In this document: piece after piece, positions 1 through 9,074 of the stretch
Position numbering within the stretch: position 1 is the stretch's first letter
Layout: each line of letters begins with the position of its first letter
NCBI GenBank assembly: GCA_964475595.1
Contig: CAYYXG010000009.1
Coordinates: forward strand, 9,023 to 73,022
Source of the DNA: an uncultured Flavobacteriaceae bacterium
Lineage (GTDB): Bacteria; Bacteroidota; Bacteroidia; NS11-12g; UBA955
Direction: 5' to 3'
DNA length: 64,000 nt
The notes under the pieces: generated by a model
The model's input: only the letters and a program-made list of their open reading frames with translations
The model's database searches: none
What the model was told of the DNA's origin: nothing
Made by a program: the position numbers and the translations under genes

Positions 1-1
1 G

Positions 2-490
2 CTGAAACATGAAGCGCCGGGTTATGCCATTGGCGGACTCAGTGTGGGTGAACCCCATGAAGACATGTACAGAATTACAGACCTGGTTACTGATATTCTG
101 CCGCAAAACAAGGCCCGTTATCTGATGGGCGTGGGTACACCCGAAAATCTGCTGGAATGCATAGAGCGAGGTATAGATATGTTTGACTGTGTAATGCCCA
201 CCCGAAACGGCAGAAACGGAACGATTTTCACCACCCAGGGCATCATCAATATCAGAAATAAGCGCTGGGCGAATGATTATGAACCGTTGGATGAATTGAC
301 CCCCGAGTATTCAAAGGCCTACATCCGTCACCTGTTTGCAGCCGATGAGATGCTGGGCCCAGTGGTGGCGAGTTTGCAAAACCTTAGGTTCTATCGCTGG
401 CTGATGTTAAATGCTAGAAAACATATTGTAGATGGAGATTTTATTGCCTGGAAAACGACAATACTGCCCATAATTACCAAAAAATGGTAA
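2..490 (+). CDS. tgt: queuine tRNA-ribosyltransferase, C-terminal part (gene starts upstream of window)
   Basis: Frame-2 translation from window edge reads LKHEAPGYAIGGLSVGEPHEDM...VMPTRNGRNG...LRFYRWLM, which matches the Tgt C-terminal half. Confidence 0.85.
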   Translation: MKHEAPGYAIGGLSVGEPHEDMYRITDLVTDILPQNKARYLMGVGTPENLLECIERGIDMFDCVMPTRNGRNGTIFTTQGIINIRNKRWANDYEPLDELTPEYSKAYIRHLFAADEMLGPVVASLQNLRFYRWLMLNARKHIVDGDFIAWKTTILPIITKKW

Positions 491-493
491 TAA

Positions 494-1576
494 ATGATGA
501 AAAAGCTGGATCTTTATATTGCCAAAAAGTTTCTTACCACGTTTGTGGTCACCATCCTGCTGTTTACCATCATTATCATTGTTTTTGACATTGCTGAAAA
601 ACTGGATGACTTTCTGGAGCATAAGACCTCTATTCACAGCATTGTCTTTACCTATTACGTGGCTTTTATTCCACACCTGATTAACACATTTAGCCCCATT
701 TTTATTTTTATTTCGGTCCTATATTTCACCAGCCGACTGGCATCGCGCTCTGAATTTATCAGCATGCTCGCCGGGGGAATGTCTTTAAAACGCATTCTGA
801 AGCCGTATATGATTGTGGCCGCTTTCCTTACATTGGTCAGTTATCTGCTCAATGCCTGGGTAATACCGGTTACCGACAAGGCCCGGGTGCGTTTTGAAAA
901 TATGTACCTGCGTGATTACTGGAGCCAGGCCAAATCTACCATTTACCGACAGATTCGACCCGGAGAAATACTGTATATGGAGTATTTCAATAACAACGAC
1001 AGTACCGCCATAGGGGTGAATATTGAAACCTATCAGGGAAAAGAGCTCAAAAGCAATTTGTTTTCGCGTTTCATGCGCTGGAATAAGGCCACCGGCAAAT
1101 GGAGAATGGAAATGGTATGGCAAAGAGAATTTCTACCCAACGGTAATCAAAAAATTGCCTACAAGCCCTTTATGGATACGGCTCTTCAATTCGATCCCCG
1201 TGATTTCTTCTTCAGGATTGATGATGTGCAAAGCTTAAACCAGAATGAACTCCGATCCTTTATTGCCAAGGAAAAAGTGAGGGGTTCAGAGAATATAAAA
1301 TTGCTCGAGACGGAGTTGCACCGCCGATATGCATCGCCATTCAGTACGTTTATTTTGGTGGCCATCGGGGTGTTTGTAGCAGGCCGAAAAACCCGGGGAG
1401 GTTTGGGTTATTCCCTCGCAATCGGTATATTCGTTATTATTTTCTTTTTGTTTTTTAGCAAGTATTTTATCAGCATGGGGCAAACCGGTGTTTTGCCTTC
1501 CTGGGTTTCAGTCTGGGCGCTCAATGTTTTGTTTGTGCCTGTGGCCTGGCTGTTTTACAGATTTGCGCAGAAATGA
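494..1576 (+). CDS. LptF/LptG family permease (YjgP/YjgQ)
   Basis: 360 aa with multiple TM segments. N-term MKKLDLYIAKKFL..., which is typical of LPS export permeases. Overlaps next gene by 4 nt. Confidence 0.7.
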   Translation: MMKKLDLYIAKKFLTTFVVTILLFTIIIIVFDIAEKLDDFLEHKTSIHSIVFTYYVAFIPHLINTFSPIFIFISVLYFTSRLASRSEFISMLAGGMSLKRILKPYMIVAAFLTLVSYLLNAWVIPVTDKARVRFENMYLRDYWSQAKSTIYRQIRPGEILYMEYFNNNDSTAIGVNIETYQGKELKSNLFSRFMRWNKATGKWRMEMVWQREFLPNGNQKIAYKPFMDTALQFDPRDFFFRIDDVQSLNQNELRSFIAKEKVRGSENIKLLETELHRRYASPFSTFILVAIGVFVAGRKTRGGLGYSLAIGIFVIIFFLFFSKYFISMGQTGVLPSWVSVWALNVLFVPVAWLFYRFAQK

Positions 1577-2250
1577 TCCGCCTAATGCTCATATCGCTAT
1601 GGCTGTGCATGACCTTTATCATTTCTTGTAAAAAAATAACCGAAGACTACAAGGCCAAAGGTCCGGAATATTTTCCGCTTAGGGTAGGTGCGGAAAGACT
1701 ATACCTATATGATTCCATTCACTATTCAAGACTGTTGAACAATACCCATAGTTTCCGTTTTTGGATTAAGGAATTTATCAAAGACAGTTTTATCGATCAG
1801 TCCGGTAATCTTTCCTATCGGTTTGAGCAATTTATTAGCAAGGATTCCGGTAAATCCTACGTATTTCATGATCTTTATACGGCTTCTGTTTCGCTTGGCG
1901 GTGTGCAAAGGGTGGAGGAAAATCGCCGTAACATGGTATTGAGTTTTCCGATCAGGAATTTGAAACTATGGTATCCCTATGACTTTTGGAATGACAGCTT
2001 CAGTACCTACATCAAGTATCAGTATACAGCAGTAGATAAGCCATTTGATAACGGTTATATCTCTAATCCGGAAGCGATTTTTATTAAACAACAATACGAC
2101 AGCAGCTTCATATTTATCAGGGAATCGCGTGAAGTGTACGGAAAAAATCAAGGGATGCTTTACCGGAGGAAACGAGATATCGATTTTCAGGATTTCCAAA
2201 AGCCCGATGGATTTGAAATTACCTGGCAATTAATCCGGTATTTCCCATGA
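1573..2250 (+). CDS. hypothetical lipoprotein (paralog A)
   Basis: Signal peptide plus lipobox (FIISCKK). Shares blocks with the next ORF (YRRN..VLSFPIRN vs YLKVSFPL; C-terminal EVYGK motifs). Confidence 0.55.
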   Translation: MIRLMLISLWLCMTFIISCKKITEDYKAKGPEYFPLRVGAERLYLYDSIHYSRLLNNTHSFRFWIKEFIKDSFIDQSGNLSYRFEQFISKDSGKSYVFHDLYTASVSLGGVQRVEENRRNMVLSFPIRNLKLWYPYDFWNDSFSTYIKYQYTAVDKPFDNGYISNPEAIFIKQQYDSSFIFIRESREVYGKNQGMLYRRKRDIDFQDFQKPDGFEITWQLIRYFP

Positions 2251-2909
2251 AAATTTACTTGCTTGTTTTTGCGCTTATTGTGGTTTCGTGGGGATGTAAA
2301 AAAGATGAGTTGAGTAAAACCGGACAGGAAAATTTATCGGCGTGGATACAATTAAAACCGGGGCAGCGGAGAATATATATGGTTGATTCTCTGGCTTTTC
2401 GCCGTGATAAATCACTCCCGGATACATTCACCTTTCAATGGATGGAAATGGTGGATACCGTTTTTGAGGACAATGTGCAGGAACTTGCCGCCAGGATTAA
2501 AATCGTTACCCGAAAAGACAGTCTGGATTTTTGGCAGTTCAAAAGAATGTATTATGCCAAAATTACGCGCGATTATTATGAACGAGTGGAGGAGAATATC
2601 CGGTACCTTAAGGTGAGTTTTCCGCTGGTGGAAGAGGCCCTGTGGAACATGAATAGTAGAAATAACCTGCCTGCCACCTGGCTGTATTACGAGGATTTAA
2701 ACAAGCCATACAAAGAAGGATTCATTCCCGCAGATAGTGCACTGACCATTGTGGCTAGGTCCATTGATAACAGCATTGAAAAGTACAGTTACCGCGAAGT
2801 ATATGGTAAAGGCATAGGACTGCTGTTTAAGGAGAATGTAGAAATGCTGAAGCAGGGAAATAATTGGGATGGTTATAAAAGAACGCAAAAACTTGTGTAT
2901 GCGGATTAA
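2247..2909 (+). CDS. hypothetical lipoprotein (paralog B)
   Basis: Signal peptide plus lipobox (SWGCKKD). Paralogous to 1573..2250. ATGA overlap with upstream gene. Confidence 0.55.
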   Translation: MKIYLLVFALIVVSWGCKKDELSKTGQENLSAWIQLKPGQRRIYMVDSLAFRRDKSLPDTFTFQWMEMVDTVFEDNVQELAARIKIVTRKDSLDFWQFKRMYYAKITRDYYERVEENIRYLKVSFPLVEEALWNMNSRNNLPATWLYYEDLNKPYKEGFIPADSALTIVARSIDNSIEKYSYREVYGKGIGLLFKENVEMLKQGNNWDGYKRTQKLVYAD

Positions 2910-4548
2910 ATTCACTATATTAGTGTGTTTATTCCCGCTCCTTTTAACAGCGGATACCACCGAATACTTTTTTTGGGTGACTTTCAGGGATAAAGCAGGT
3001 AGTGAGATCTATCTGAAACAACCGGAAACGTTCCTCAGCAGACGATCCATTCTAAAAAAACATGCTGCAGGCATCGGTATCACCTTTGACGATTTACCGG
3101 TTTCCCATCAGTACATTACAGGATTGAAATTACAGGGTTTTGCCGTGCAGTTTGGCAGCCGTTGGCTGAATGCCGCATTGGTGGTTACACCGGATTCAGG
3201 GGCAGTTCAGCATTTGTCGGAAATAGATTTTGTGAAATCGGTATTGCCGCTGGGCTATAAAACCCATGACAGGGCAGAAAAATCTGAGGCGGGGGTAATG
3301 GAAGAAGCATCCATCCCCGTAAAAACAGAACCGAGCGCCAGGAACTACTACGGGGCCGCCCAGGATCAAATCACACAAATGGGTATTGATGCATTACACC
3401 GCAAAGGATTTACGGGAAAGGGAATTACCATTGCTGTGCTGGATGCGGGATTTTACCAAGCCAGCAGGATGCAGTTGTTCGACAGTCTTTTTTCCCAGGG
3501 TAGAATGGTGAAAACCTTTGATTATGTGGACCATGAAGTGGATGTGTTTGATGATGATGACCATGGCATGCAGGTGCTGAGTTGCCTTGCTGCAAACAAA
3601 GAGGGGGTAATGGTGGGTTCTGCACCGGCAGCTACTTTTATGCTGTTTCGCACAGAGGATGCTGCCATTGAAATGCCCTTTGAGGAAGCATTGTGGGTAC
3701 AGGCAGCAGAGCAGGCGGATGCTTTGGGCGCAGATATTATTACAACATCGCTGGGATATACTACGTTTGATGATGAAAGGTATCATCATCGTTTGTCGGA
3801 TCTGGATGGCAAAACAACCCTCATAAGCCGGGCTGCTGAGATGGCTGCCTCGCGCGGAATGGTGGTGGTGTGCAGTGCCGGAAATGAAGGTGACAATTCC
3901 TGGGGTAAACTGGCAGCACCCGCTGATGCTGAGCATGTGATTGCCGTGGCTGCCGTGGGTAAGGATGGGGAAGTGGCCGGCTTTAGCAGTCGCGGCCCAA
4001 CAGCCGATGGGAGAATTAAACCGGATGTAGCAGCCATGGGAAAAAGAACAGCCGTTGCCTCCGGCAGTGGCTATATTGTAAAATCCAACGGAACCAGCTA
4101 CAGTGCGCCGATAATGGCAGGTGCGCTTGCCTCGGCCATGCAATATACAGGAATGACCGCCGCGGAATTGAGAAGCACACTTTTATCGGGCAATTCCCTC
4201 GATACGTTTGTAGGGTTTGGCATTCCTGATTTTTCAGATGCTAAATGGAAACCCGTAAAACCTAACCCAAAAAGTCATGAAGCTGCCGATCCGCGTTTTA
4301 TCCAGTGGGTTCCGGCAGACACTGTGAATTCCCCATTTGTAATCGGTACGCGATTTACGCCGGAGAAAACATGGTCATACAAACTTAGCTGCGATTGTGG
4401 CAAGATCTGGCAGAATGCCCCGCTGGAAAAGGTCTCCGCTAATTGGTATGGCACATTAATTGTTCCAAAAGTATCAGGATTACACTTTCTTGAGGTAACC
4501 GATGGAAAAACAGTTTTTAAAGAGAGTTTTTATTATCACAAACCATGA
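2899..4548 (+). CDS. S8 family subtilisin-like serine peptidase with T9SS C-terminal sorting tail
   Basis: Asp/His/Ser catalytic motifs GITIAVLDAGF, HGMQVLS, GTSYSAPIMAGA. Signal peptide present. C-terminus GLHFLEVTDGKTVFKESF resembles a Por_Secre_tail. Start taken at internal ATG (MRIKFTILV). Confidence 0.85.
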   Translation: MRIKFTILVCLFPLLLTADTTEYFFWVTFRDKAGSEIYLKQPETFLSRRSILKKHAAGIGITFDDLPVSHQYITGLKLQGFAVQFGSRWLNAALVVTPDSGAVQHLSEIDFVKSVLPLGYKTHDRAEKSEAGVMEEASIPVKTEPSARNYYGAAQDQITQMGIDALHRKGFTGKGITIAVLDAGFYQASRMQLFDSLFSQGRMVKTFDYVDHEVDVFDDDDHGMQVLSCLAANKEGVMVGSAPAATFMLFRTEDAAIEMPFEEALWVQAAEQADALGADIITTSLGYTTFDDERYHHRLSDLDGKTTLISRAAEMAASRGMVVVCSAGNEGDNSWGKLAAPADAEHVIAVAAVGKDGEVAGFSSRGPTADGRIKPDVAAMGKRTAVASGSGYIVKSNGTSYSAPIMAGALASAMQYTGMTAAELRSTLLSGNSLDTFVGFGIPDFSDAKWKPVKPNPKSHEAADPRFIQWVPADTVNSPFVIGTRFTPEKTWSYKLSCDCGKIWQNAPLEKVSANWYGTLIVPKVSGLHFLEVTDGKTVFKESFYYHKP

Positions 4549-5027
4549 ATAATTTGAAAAAGATAGCCCTGATGTGCTGTTTGATGCCACTTTCACTACT
4601 GGCTCAAAAAGTAGTTACCAAATCACGCCACCTACGCATCACCGATGCTGAAGTTACCGTGAGCTATCCCGGCATTCAGGGGGCACCCATTTTTCGGCAA
4701 TACAAGGTAACGGTGGTTTTGAGAAAATCGATGAAAACCTTACCGGATACCCTGTTTGCGGATGGTTTTGCCGAACAGCTAAAACTCACGCCCATCGATG
4801 CCGGAAATGGATTTTACAAGAAGGGCTCCAGTATTACGTTTATCGCAACCGTGACCGTAAACACCGCAGAAAATGCGGAGAATAATGATGCATATTCGAA
4901 GCAATCATCTCTGGCAGGAGATGGGGTTTGCATTATCCGTTACTATGTGACGAAAAGGTCAAAGCAGCAACCCATATACCTTCGTGCCAAAACCTTGAAT
5001 AAAGGGGCTGAAGTATTTATGCCGTAA
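4545..5027 (+). CDS. hypothetical secreted protein
   Basis: 160 aa, signal peptide MNNLKKIALMCCLMPLSLLAQ. Start overlaps the S8 gene stop (ATGA). Confidence 0.5.
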   Translation: MNNLKKIALMCCLMPLSLLAQKVVTKSRHLRITDAEVTVSYPGIQGAPIFRQYKVTVVLRKSMKTLPDTLFADGFAEQLKLTPIDAGNGFYKKGSSITFIATVTVNTAENAENNDAYSKQSSLAGDGVCIIRYYVTKRSKQQPIYLRAKTLNKGAEVFMP

Positions 5028-5032
5028 GGTTT

Positions 5033-6238
5033 TTATTCGATGTAAAGAACCAGCCCTTTGAGGTAATGTCCTTCCGGGTGAAATAAATTGACGGGATGAT
5101 CCGGTCCTTGGCCTAGTCTGTGAAGGATTCTTGCACTTCTTCCGGCTTCAATTCCAGCAGCGGTAACGGTGTTGGCAAACAAAGTGTCATCGATAACCTG
5201 ACTGCAGGAGAAGGTGAAAAGCAATCCCCCCGGTTTTACGGTTTGTATCCCCAGCTGATTGAGCCGTTTATATCCCATCACCGCTTGGTGTTTTTTGGAT
5301 AAACTTTTGGCAAATGCAGGCGGATCCAGCACCACTATGTCGTAGCATTCTTTATTGTCTTTCAGGTATTGAGGTACGTCTGCTGCCACGGTAAGGTGAT
5401 TCTGGGCTACCCCGTTCAATGCCGCGTTTTCTGCAGCCAGCTGCACCGCTTTTTCAGATATATCAACGCTACAAACTTCTGCAGCGCCGGCTTTCAGCGC
5501 ATATACTGAAAATCCGCCTGTGTAACAAAAAGTATTCAATACGGTTTTGCCATGGCTGTATTGCGCCAACAGTTGTCGGTTGTCTCGCTGATCCAGAAAA
5601 AAGCCCGTTTTTTGTCCGGCCACCCAATTCACTTTGAATTGAATGTGGTTTTCAGTGGCCACCGTTTCAGGGGTTTCTCCCTTTAGAAAAAGATCATCTG
5701 CACCGGGATCATGCATGGAGGCACGGCTTTTTGCAAAAATGGTTTTTAAGGCACCGCCGTATACTTCATCCAGGGCTTCTGCAATTGCTTTTTGGGCATA
5801 ATACATGCCGTGGCTGTGAGATTGAATGACAGCGCAATCGCCATAAATATCAATGATCAGTCCGGGTAGTTCATCTCCCTCGCCATGCACCAGCCGGTAA
5901 GCATTGGTAATGGAAAAGTCTCCGAATAATTTCTTCCGCAGATCAACACATGATTGTAGTCTGTTTTTCCAGAAAGTATGATTGGGGATTTCCTGTGTTC
6001 GGCTGAGTATTCTCAAGATAATGGATCCATTGCCAATGTGTCCTGATGCTAGGTATTCTCCTTTAGAATCAAGCACTTCGGCCCAATCTCCGGGTTGAAT
6101 ATTTTCGGCTTGATGAACGGCACCACTAAAAATCCACGGATGCCCCCTGAGAACTGAATGTTCTTTCCCGCGTTTCAGTATAATCTTTTTTGTTTTCAGT
6201 GCTGCAAAGTTCAGGTAATTCGCGGAACTTTGAAGCAT
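5033..6238 (-). CDS. rlmI: class I SAM-dependent 23S rRNA (m5C) methyltransferase, RlmI-like (PUA + MTase)
   Basis: KKIILKRGKEHSVLRGHPWIFSGAV N-term (PUA/RlmI signature) plus a SAM-MTase core. Confidence 0.75.
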   Translation of the reverse strand: MLQSSANYLNFAALKTKKIILKRGKEHSVLRGHPWIFSGAVHQAENIQPGDWAEVLDSKGEYLASGHIGNGSIILRILSRTQEIPNHTFWKNRLQSCVDLRKKLFGDFSITNAYRLVHGEGDELPGLIIDIYGDCAVIQSHSHGMYYAQKAIAEALDEVYGGALKTIFAKSRASMHDPGADDLFLKGETPETVATENHIQFKVNWVAGQKTGFFLDQRDNRQLLAQYSHGKTVLNTFCYTGGFSVYALKAGAAEVCSVDISEKAVQLAAENAALNGVAQNHLTVAADVPQYLKDNKECYDIVVLDPPAFAKSLSKKHQAVMGYKRLNQLGIQTVKPGGLLFTFSCSQVIDDTLFANTVTAAGIEAGRSARILHRLGQGPDHPVNLFHPEGHYLKGLVLYIE

Positions 6239-6240
6239 TC

Positions 6241-7338
6241 ATGAAATTGTTTGAAATAATTGAAGCCATTGAAAAGGTGGCACCGCCTTCCTTGCAGGAG
6301 GATTACGATAACAGCGGATTGCTCGTAGGTTCGCCACAGACTGAAATTAAAAAGGCCCTGTTAACGCTTGATACCACCGAGGCAGTGGTGGAAGAGGCCA
6401 TTTCGGAAGGATGCGATCTCATTATTTCCCATCACCCCATTGTATTTCGGGGTTTAAAGCGGTTGAACGGAAATAATTACGTAGAAAGGGTAGTGATGTC
6501 GGCCATCAAGAATAACATTGCCATTTATGCCTGCCATACCAATCTTGACAATGTGTTGAAGCAGGGTGTGAATAGTAAAATAGCAACTAAGCTGGGCTTA
6601 TCAGAACTACAGATTCTGAAACCCATGCAACAGGCATTGATGAAACTTACTGTTTTTACACCGCATACCCATGCAGACGCTGTTCGTGAGGCCCTGTTTG
6701 CAGGAGGTGCCGGCCACGTGGGCAACTATGATGAGTGCAGTTTTAATATTCATGGACAAGGTACTTTTCGGGGTGGGGAAAATACAAACCCTGTTATTGG
6801 AAAAAGGGGTGAAAGAACCGCGCTGGAAGAGCAGCGAATTGAGGTTTTATTGCCTAAAAATAGATTTTCACAGGTGATGAAATCGTTGCGAATAGCGCAT
6901 CCATATGAGGAAATTGCCTACTATTCCGTAGATCTGAATAATGTCTGGCAGGATGCAGGCAGTGGTGTAATCGGGGTGTTGGAAAAACCTATTCAGGGCG
7001 AACAATTTCCGGCTTTTGTAAAAGAAATGCTGAATGCAGAAGTAGTAAGGTATACGGCGCCTGTGGCTTGGGTTAAAAGGGTGGCAGTTTGCGGCGGAAG
7101 TGGGGCTTTTCTCATTAAAAATGCTGTTCAATCCGGCGCGGATGCATACATTACCGGTGATGTTAAATACCATGAATTTTTTGACGCTGAAAACCGCATG
7201 ATGATTTGCGATCCGGGGCATTATGAATCGGAACAATTTACAATCGAACTTTTTGCTGAGATTTTATCAGAAAAATTCCCTAATTTTGCAACCCGTTTTT
7301 CGCATACATACACCAACCCCATACAATATCACTATTAA
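6241..7338 (+). CDS. Nif3-like dinuclear metal center protein (YqfO/YbgI family)
   Basis: MKLFEIIEAIEKVAPP...DLIISHHP...GDVKYHEF motifs. Start moved to internal ATG 6241 to avoid a 49-nt overlap with rlmI. Confidence 0.8.
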   Translation: MKLFEIIEAIEKVAPPSLQEDYDNSGLLVGSPQTEIKKALLTLDTTEAVVEEAISEGCDLIISHHPIVFRGLKRLNGNNYVERVVMSAIKNNIAIYACHTNLDNVLKQGVNSKIATKLGLSELQILKPMQQALMKLTVFTPHTHADAVREALFAGGAGHVGNYDECSFNIHGQGTFRGGENTNPVIGKRGERTALEEQRIEVLLPKNRFSQVMKSLRIAHPYEEIAYYSVDLNNVWQDAGSGVIGVLEKPIQGEQFPAFVKEMLNAEVVRYTAPVAWVKRVAVCGGSGAFLIKNAVQSGADAYITGDVKYHEFFDAENRMMICDPGHYESEQFTIELFAEILSEKFPNFATRFSHTYTNPIQYHY

Positions 7339-7341
7339 CCA

Positions 7342-8142
7342 ATGGATATCAGCGTAGAAAAGAAACTCACCGATCTCTGGACTCTTCAAAAGATAGATTC
7401 ACGCCTGGACGGGCTTCGTTCCATGTTGGGTGAACTCCCCATGGAAGTTGCCGATCTGGAAGACAGCATCGTAGGTCTCGAAACCCGTGTAAGTCACGTT
7501 CAGGAAGAGATTGCCCAGGTAGAGGGTGAAATTTCCGATAAAAGAATCAGCATCAAAGATTTTAACCGCAACATCGAAAAATACGATGAGCAGTTAAATA
7601 ATATTAAAAACAGCCGCGAGTTCGAGGCCATTGAAAAAGAAAAGGAGATTGCCGGATTGGAAATTCTTCAGGCCGAGAAAAAAATCCGTGAATTGGGCAG
7701 GTTGTTGGATATCAAGAAAGAATTGCTGGATAAAACCACTGAAGATCTGGATAATCGCAAAAAAGACCTCGAATTTAAACAGAGCGAACTTTCTGAAATT
7801 GAGAAGGAAAACCAGGAGGAAATAGAAAAGATCCATGCTGAAAGAGTGAAAGCAGAGTCTTCCCTGGATGAGCGCTACAAAAGAGCATACAACCGCATTC
7901 GTGAAAATATGCGCAATGGCATTGCAGTGGCGCCTATTCTCCGCGGAAGTTGCGGAGGATGTTTCTCCAAAATTCCCCCTCAAAGACACAGCGATATCCG
8001 TGCACACTTCCGCATCATCGATTGCGAACATTGCGGTCGAATTTTGGTGGATCAAACCATTACAGGCCTTGAGTCCGTTGCAGAGGTGAAGGAGGAAAAA
8101 GCCACACGTCGCAAGATTCGTCTGACTGCAAAGGCAGAATAA
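7342..8142 (+). CDS. zinc-ribbon/coiled-coil protein (COG1579 family, usual Nif3 partner)
   Basis: Long coiled coil followed by a C4 zinc ribbon (CGGCF...CEHCGRIL). Conserved synteny downstream of nif3. Confidence 0.7.
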   Translation: MDISVEKKLTDLWTLQKIDSRLDGLRSMLGELPMEVADLEDSIVGLETRVSHVQEEIAQVEGEISDKRISIKDFNRNIEKYDEQLNNIKNSREFEAIEKEKEIAGLEILQAEKKIRELGRLLDIKKELLDKTTEDLDNRKKDLEFKQSELSEIEKENQEEIEKIHAERVKAESSLDERYKRAYNRIRENMRNGIAVAPILRGSCGGCFSKIPPQRHSDIRAHFRIIDCEHCGRILVDQTITGLESVAEVKEEKATRRKIRLTAKAE

Positions 8143-8164
8143 GAATTATCAAAAAATAACAATG

Positions 8165-8196
8165 AAAGCCGGACTCAGTACCGGCTTTTATTTTTT
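8165..8196 (+). terminator. rho-independent terminator (bidirectional, shared by convergent genes)
   Basis: AAAGCCGG-ACTCAGTA-CCGGCTTT hairpin followed by TATTTTTTA. Confidence 0.6.
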
Positions 8197-8853
8197 ATCC
8201 AGCACATACGTCAGGTCGGGCATCACCTGCACAATCTGCTCGCGGCTAAGGCCGGTTACATTCAGAAAATACACTTTCTGGTTTTGAATGTCGCATTGTC
8301 CGCCAATCCATGAAACATCTACCATATCATCGCCTTGCACATTTTTTCTGTAGCTGCGCACCGGTATCAGGCAATACCAGGCAGATGCAAATCCCTGATC
8401 ATCGGTGGCGGGCGCAATTTTTTGGATGGGACCTGCCAGAATCTTATCGTATTGTGGCCGGTCTTCATCATTCATTTTCATTCTTTTAATGTAGGCCTGT
8501 CGACTTTTATAGAACCGAATGATGGCATCGGGTGTAAATGAGGCCAGTTCTATGTAATTCTTTTCCTGCTCAGCCCTGCAAAGACGGTTCGCAGCCAGCT
8601 GAAATAAACGGGCAAATTTGATGCTGTCTTTGCCGGTTTCATCCCTTCCCGTGGTGTCTTTCAATGCTGGAACCGGAATGGAATCAAGTTTTTTTAGTGC
8701 AACCGGGTTGTTTTGAATTTCGGGAAGCAGGGCGCCATCTTTACCCTGCAGGGCATTGTGGGTGGTGGTATCAGTAGTTGTTGAATCCTGGTTGCCGGAC
8801 TGGCAGGAAAGGAACATGATTGTGCACAAAATGAAAGCGCAGGATAGTTTCAT
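8188..8853 (-). CDS. hypothetical lipoprotein
   Basis: MKLSCAFILCTIMFLSCQSG signal peptide plus lipobox. Low-complexity T/D-rich linker. Confidence 0.5.
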   Translation of the reverse strand: MKLSCAFILCTIMFLSCQSGNQDSTTTDTTTHNALQGKDGALLPEIQNNPVALKKLDSIPVPALKDTTGRDETGKDSIKFARLFQLAANRLCRAEQEKNYIELASFTPDAIIRFYKSRQAYIKRMKMNDEDRPQYDKILAGPIQKIAPATDDQGFASAWYCLIPVRSYRKNVQGDDMVDVSWIGGQCDIQNQKVYFLNVTGLSREQIVQVMPDLTYVLDKK

Positions 8854-9023
8854 GTGAGTATAATAACGAAAATGAGACCCCATTGATTGCGAAGATAGGA
8901 CAGAAGCGGCTGATAGGGTGATAATTTATTAAGTGAAATTTGTGCTTCAAGAAACGTATTTTGTCTAATTCACTCCTTATAAAATTAAGAACAAGTTTTT
9001 AAGAATTAGATTTCCATAACCCA

Positions 9024-9052
9024 TAAAAAAAGAGGCACCTTCCAGTGCCTCT
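9024..9052 (-). terminator. rho-independent terminator of dnaK
   Basis: AGAGGCAC-CTTCCA-GTGCCTCT hairpin with T7 tract on the minus strand, immediately 3' of dnaK. Confidence 0.65.
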
Positions 9053-9074
9053 TCTCATCATTTACCGTATGGGA

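Noticed and set aside
3394-4143. 249-aa His/Cys-rich minus-strand ORF inside the S8 peptidase gene
   Set aside because: Antisense shadow ORF of a well-supported CDS. The composition is an artefact of GC-rich codons on the opposite strand.
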